The notes under the pieces were generated by a model that saw only the letters and a program-made list of their open reading frames with translations, was not told the origin of the DNA and ran no database searches. The position numbers and the translations under genes were made by a program. 64,000 nucleotides of DNA. Origin: Bacilli bacterium (lineage in GTDB: Bacteria > Bacillota_I > Bacilli_A > RFN20 > UBA1709). The DNA is taken from NCBI GenBank assembly GCA_050949315.1, contig JBMNFL010000001.1:384001-448000 (forward strand), given 5' to 3'. Shown one piece after another: positions 59,501-64,000 of this stretch; position 1 is the first letter of the stretch; each line of letters starts with the position of its first letter.

Positions 59501-60109
59501 TTATTTATTTGTTCTTCGCTTTTCAATTTCTTCCAGTACTTGTTTTATCCAATATGGAACCTTGTTCGTGTTCGTACTTAAGTTCTCTTTAATTCTCTTA
59601 CTATAAATAGCTAATCTTTCCATTTCTTCATCTTTAATGTTTTTTTGTCCTAAAGCCATGATGGCCTGAACTAACAAGACAAACTCCTTAGAATAACGAC
59701 TAATATTTCTGTTGGTTGTCCGCTTAAAAATTATTTTCTTGTCTCTATAAGTATATTCGCGATATGCTCCATCTGATACATAAACATATTCATTAGGTAC
59801 TTGTGTTGATAAACCCGTAAAGTTTAGAGCTGTTTCACCTGTTGGGGCGATAACCCAATTAAATTTTTCGGCTATTTTCTCGGCAACAGCAGCGGCATCA
59901 GAATGACTATATTCTTGCAACACCTTGCTATATTTTGGTTTAACATATAACCCATCGATAAGTCGTTCAATTTTCTTATCTTTATTCAAACGATAAAGCA
60001 CTGATTTAACCGTGTTTTTGGTTCCCAAATCATAAAAATCATTAATTGAAAATATCGTACCTTCCTGCTCATCAAACCTTTTCTCTATTTTACTAGCAAT
60101 ACTTCCCAT
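59501..60109 (-). CDS. DUF6088 / AbiEi-like (type IV TA antitoxin-like) wHTH protein
   Basis: LYRL..IERLIDGLY.KP, A.N.TGLSTQVP..YVYVSDG. Confidence 0.75.
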   Translation of the reverse strand: MGSIASKIEKRFDEQEGTIFSINDFYDLGTKNTVKSVLYRLNKDKKIERLIDGLYVKPKYSKVLQEYSHSDAAAVAEKIAEKFNWVIAPTGETALNFTGLSTQVPNEYVYVSDGAYREYTYRDKKIIFKRTTNRNISRYSKEFVLLVQAIMALGQKNIKDEEMERLAIYSKRIKENLSTNTNKVPYWIKQVLEEIEKRRTNK

Positions 60110-60125
60110 AATCTCACCTCCTCTA

Positions 60126-60155
60126 TGCACCTAAAATTATACAGTTTTGGGTGCA
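60126..60155. promoter_or_regulatory. Inverted-repeat operator upstream of the AbiEi-like gene
   Basis: TGCACCTAAAA-N8-TTTTGGGTGCA (one mismatch). Confidence 0.55.
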
Positions 60156-60287
60156 ATAATACAAGTGGTATTTTTTTATTCGCTTTCTTACAATATTTTC
60201 ACCAGTCATATTTTTCAAATAATTGTAAATAAAAAGATAGGCAAAAAGACTTAAATCATTTAAAATGTAAAGAAGGAGGCACTAGTA

Positions 60288-61376
60288 ATGATTAAAACCG
60301 TCCAGAATAATCAAGAATTAAAAAAGTGGATTAGTTTTCCTAAACAACTCTATAGTCCTTCTTCTTTTTATGTTCCCCCTATTTATAAAATCTTATTCAA
60401 AGAGCTCAAGCAACAAATCTTTGAACTCAAAGATTATGTAGCTCTTTTTTGTTTAAAAGATGATCTTATTAAAGGACGTATACTCTATACCTTTAAAGAA
60501 AGTCGGCGCAGTCAAACTCTTACTTGCTACTTTTCTTATTTTGATTGTTTCAATGAGCAAGAGATTGCCGATGAACTCTTTGACTATTTAAAAAAAGAAT
60601 GTAAAAAACATAACTGTAAATATATTGAAGGCAGCTACACTCCCTATGATCCTGATAATCGGCGCGGTATCTTAGTGGAAGGTTTTGAATATCCTCCTAT
60701 GATTTTTACCTCTTATAATCCCCCCTATTATCCTACTTTATTAGAAAATATAGGCTTTACAAAAGCCTATGACACTTTAGCCTTAAGGGCTAACATCCCC
60801 CTTAATAAACCAAGGATGGAGAAACTAGCAAATTTTGTTCAAAGACACTTGCCAGCTTTAAAACTTGAAACCCTAAATCCTAAAGAGTGGAAAAAACAAG
60901 GTCAAGCTCTTTATGACATCATGAAGGAGGCTAGTACTAATCTCAACTTGAGTATGGCGCCCTCGGCTAAATTCGTCCAAGACTATATAAAAAAGAATCG
61001 CTTCTTTGTAAAAGAAGATTATGTTGCTATCGCCTATGATAAGGATAAGCCCATAGGCTTTTGTGCGATGCTACCCGATTACAACTCCGTTTTAAAAGAA
61101 CTTGATGGCAAAATAAATATCTTTAAATTTTTAAAGGCTAAAAAGCAGATAAAGGCCTGTCGCGGCTTTTTACAATATGTCATTCCTGCTTATCAAGATA
61201 AAGGTGTTGTCATCGCCTTATACAACTTGCTCTCTACTAATATGCTTAAAAACAAAAACGAACACTTTGAAGCCTCAACTATCTTAGAAGAAAATATTAA
61301 ATCCACTAATTTAGTTCAGTCCTTCGAAGGCAGCGAAATCTATAAACGTTATCGCATCTATCATTTGGAGGTTTAA
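60288..61376 (+). CDS. Tandem GNAT-fold protein (YghO-like)
   Basis: GRI..F..FDC, GILVEGF..P..YNPPYY..LLE..GF.K, LPDYN, ILEEN. Confidence 0.6.
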   Translation: MIKTVQNNQELKKWISFPKQLYSPSSFYVPPIYKILFKELKQQIFELKDYVALFCLKDDLIKGRILYTFKESRRSQTLTCYFSYFDCFNEQEIADELFDYLKKECKKHNCKYIEGSYTPYDPDNRRGILVEGFEYPPMIFTSYNPPYYPTLLENIGFTKAYDTLALRANIPLNKPRMEKLANFVQRHLPALKLETLNPKEWKKQGQALYDIMKEASTNLNLSMAPSAKFVQDYIKKNRFFVKEDYVAIAYDKDKPIGFCAMLPDYNSVLKELDGKINIFKFLKAKKQIKACRGFLQYVIPAYQDKGVVIALYNLLSTNMLKNKNEHFEASTILEENIKSTNLVQSFEGSEIYKRYRIYHLEV

Positions 61377-61378
61377 AT

Positions 61379-62536
61379 ATGTTACTAGCTATACAAATCA
61401 TTCTAACTGTTGGCGTTCCCCTTTTAATCTATCGCTTTCAAAACACCAAATTAATCAGTTTTATTGGCCCGATTGCCATGACTTATCTTTGTGGCATTAT
61501 TTTTGCTTTGATTATCTACTTACTTAACTTAGGAGACGCAAACCTTGTTTTAGATAAGACCATCGGCGAAGATGGTTCCTTTATCATCATCGCCCTTGCC
61601 ATTCCTTTACTGCTCTTTTCTAGTAACATTAAAGAAGTTAAAAAACTATCGAAGAAAACTATTCTTTCTTGGATTTCTTTAATTATTTCTGTTGTTATAA
61701 CCGTCACCGTTTTTTACTATGCCTTTGGTCGTAATTTAGAATATGGCGCGGAACTATCCGCCATGGGAGTAGGTTTGTATACCGGTGGCACTCCTAACCT
61801 TAATGCCATAGGCGAAATTTTAAAGGTCCCAAGCCGTATTATTGGTTATGCCAATCTATCAGACATGATCTTTGGGGGTATATTTTATCTTTTCTTGTTA
61901 TCTATTGCTAAACCCTTACTTTCTAAAATCTTGACCGGAGAAAAAGAAGAATCCTATCTCAAAGAAGATATTGAGTTAGAAAACTTTGAAGAAGTAAAGA
62001 TTGGTAAGGCTGGTTTGAAAGGTTATCGGGGCTTAATCTTTACCTTCCTTTTATCCTTGGCTTGCTGTGGGGTAAGCGCAGGAATTGGTCTTTTACTTGG
62101 TAAAGCCTATCTTGTCCCTGTTTTAATGTTTGGAGCCACAATTGGTGGCATCGGTTTTTCCTTTGTCAAAAAGGTTTCTGAGACCAAAGGTAATTACCGT
62201 CTTGGTCAATACTTTATTTTAGTCTTCTCTTTTGCCATCTCTTCCATCTTAGATTTCTCCATGATCTCTAAGGAGATTATCAATATCTTCCTTCTTTTCA
62301 TGTTCTTTACTTTAGGAACTTTAGTTATTCATACTATTATCTCTAAGATACTCGGTTTAGATGTTGATGTGACTATTACTACTTTAGTAGCAGGTGTTTA
62401 TAGTCCGGCCTTTGTCCCCGCCATAACTAAACAAATCGGTAATGAAAAACTAACCGCCCCTGGTCTTATCTGTGGCTCAATTGGTTATGCGATGGGAACC
62501 TTTTTGGGTTACCTGCTCTACTTTACTTTCGTTTAG
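61379..62536 (+). CDS. DUF819 family membrane protein
   Basis: Multi-TM; LAIPLLLF, GLYTGGTPNL, YSPAFVP, GYAMGTFLG. Confidence 0.75.
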   Translation: MLLAIQIILTVGVPLLIYRFQNTKLISFIGPIAMTYLCGIIFALIIYLLNLGDANLVLDKTIGEDGSFIIIALAIPLLLFSSNIKEVKKLSKKTILSWISLIISVVITVTVFYYAFGRNLEYGAELSAMGVGLYTGGTPNLNAIGEILKVPSRIIGYANLSDMIFGGIFYLFLLSIAKPLLSKILTGEKEESYLKEDIELENFEEVKIGKAGLKGYRGLIFTFLLSLACCGVSAGIGLLLGKAYLVPVLMFGATIGGIGFSFVKKVSETKGNYRLGQYFILVFSFAISSILDFSMISKEIINIFLLFMFFTLGTLVIHTIISKILGLDVDVTITTLVAGVYSPAFVPAITKQIGNEKLTAPGLICGSIGYAMGTFLGYLLYFTFV

Positions 62537-62545
62537 AGGTGAAGC

Positions 62546-64000
62546 ATGAGTTTTGATGGCTTAATGCTTAGAAGAGTTGTCGCACTCTTAAAAGAACAAA
62601 TCCTCGATTGTCAGGTTAACAAAATCAGCCAAGTTACGGCTAACGATTTTGTCTTTAACCTTTTTAAGCCTACCCTTAAAACCAATCTTTTGATCTCTAT
62701 CAATAATAATGCTTCCTACTTAACCTTGTCATCTCTACGTTATCAGGATAACTTAGAAGCTAAACACTTTAGTAAAATCTTAAGACAACACCTTGAAGGT
62801 GCGCGAATTAAAGATATTAAGCAACTTGGTCTTGATCGACTAGTGGGTATTAGTTTTCGCAAACAAGATGAGTTAGGAGAAATCACCACTAAACACCTTT
62901 ATATTGAATTGACTGGTAAAATGACTAACATCATTCTTGCTAAAGAAGATAACAGCATCATTGATTGTTTCCATCGCCTTGGTCCTATCACTAAAAGGAC
63001 CATTATGCCTGGTGCTATCTATCAGCCTCCCCCTGCCCCTTCCCTAAAAGACCCCCTACTAGATTCCTATAACCCTAATGATGCTTTAAGTGGTCAATTC
63101 TATGGCTTTTCTAAAAACTTAGAGCAAGAAGTGCGCTATCGTTTAAACAAGGGCGAAAAATTAAATAATATTATGCAAGAACTGCTAAGCAGTTCAACTG
63201 TTTACTGTTATAAAAATGACTATCATCTAATTCCTTTTACCCATCTGAAAGAAGAGCCTAAGCTCTTTAAATGGGATGAAGGCCTTGTTAACTTTTATTT
63301 AGACTACCAACAAAAAGTTAAAAAAGATGAGGCCCTGCGTGATTTAAGGCGCTTAATAAAGCGGGAGAGTAAAAAATACAACACCAAAATCGAACGCTTA
63401 GAAAGCGAATTAGAAAAAGCTGGCGACAGTGAAAAATTCAGAAAATATGCCGATTTAATCTATACCTATGGGGAAGATTTAAAACTTAAAAAAGAGGAAT
63501 TAAAACTGACATTAGAAGACTATGATGAACCTATAATCATCCCTTTAGATGAACGCTTTAATCTTAAAGAAAATGCTCAGAAGTTTTACAAAAGATATCA
63601 AAAACTTCAAAACTCTAAAGAAATACTCAAAAACCAAATTGCTCTTGCTAAAGATGAGTATGAATATTTTGAACTTTTAAAGATCCAGATCGAAGATGCT
63701 AGCAAAAATGAACTAGAACAAATAAAACAAGAACTAGCCGAACAGAATTACCTAAAACTTCCAAGTAAAAAGAGTCGTAAAAAAGTTACAAGTTACTTGC
63801 CCCATACTTATTATGGACCTGATAATGTCAAAATCAGTGTTGGTATGAATAACTTCCAAAATGACTATCTCACTCATAAACTTGCTAAATATAACGAATA
63901 CTTCTTCCACGTTAAAGACTACCCTGGCAGTCATGTGGTTGTACACAGTAGTGAAAAGCTAAGTGAGAAACTGATTCGCTACGCTGCTAATTTAGCCGCT
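62546..64000 (+). CDS. rqcH: NFACT family ribosome quality control factor RqcH/FbpA (partial, runs off the window)
   Basis: Hand translation gives MSFDG.., LDR, IELTGKMTNIIL, ENAQKFYKRYQK, VGMNNFQND, FHVKDYPGSHV. Confidence 0.9.
   Translation, partial: MSFDGLMLRRVVALLKEQILDCQVNKISQVTANDFVFNLFKPTLKTNLLISINNNASYLTLSSLRYQDNLEAKHFSKILRQHLEGARIKDIKQLGLDRLVGISFRKQDELGEITTKHLYIELTGKMTNIILAKEDNSIIDCFHRLGPITKRTIMPGAIYQPPPAPSLKDPLLDSYNPNDALSGQFYGFSKNLEQEVRYRLNKGEKLNNIMQELLSSSTVYCYKNDYHLIPFTHLKEEPKLFKWDEGLVNFYLDYQQKVKKDEALRDLRRLIKRESKKYNTKIERLESELEKAGDSEKFRKYADLIYTYGEDLKLKKEELKLTLEDYDEPIIIPLDERFNLKENAQKFYKRYQKLQNSKEILKNQIALAKDEYEYFELLKIQIEDASKNELEQIKQELAEQNYLKLPSKKSRKKVTSYLPHTYYGPDNVKISVGMNNFQNDYLTHKLAKYNEYFFHVKDYPGSHVVVHSSEKLSEKLIRYAANLAA

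Overview
Chromosomal segment from a low-GC Bacilli-type bacterium using the standard code (several genes end in TGA). The ten-gene tRNA order resembles that of Mollicutes and other Bacilli. 1-19 kb is housekeeping: a tldD-tldE-rluB-pth-mfd operon, lysS, cdaR-gpmA, a regulated potABCD operon and a 10-tRNA cluster. About 19-50 kb is a minus-strand surface-polysaccharide region with UDP-, CDP- and GDP-heptose sugar pathways, Wzx/Wzy, glycosyltransferases and two paralogous priming transferases. About 50-58.5 kb is a decayed defence island next to the 3' end of tmRNA (ssrA). It holds an IS481-like remnant, a truncated HerA ATPase, a type II Thoeris pair, a Schlafen/AlbA_2 fusion, a RelB-VbhA/Fic module and two short tandem-repeat arrays. 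Housekeeping genes resume beyond ssrA. The best leads are a ~180-nt structured leader RNA heading the polysaccharide operon, an A8 frameshift in the operon's priming transferase, the FrhB-like plus pyruvyltransferase pair, and the Schlafen fusion and Fic modules. All calls come from reading motifs by eye; no searches were run.
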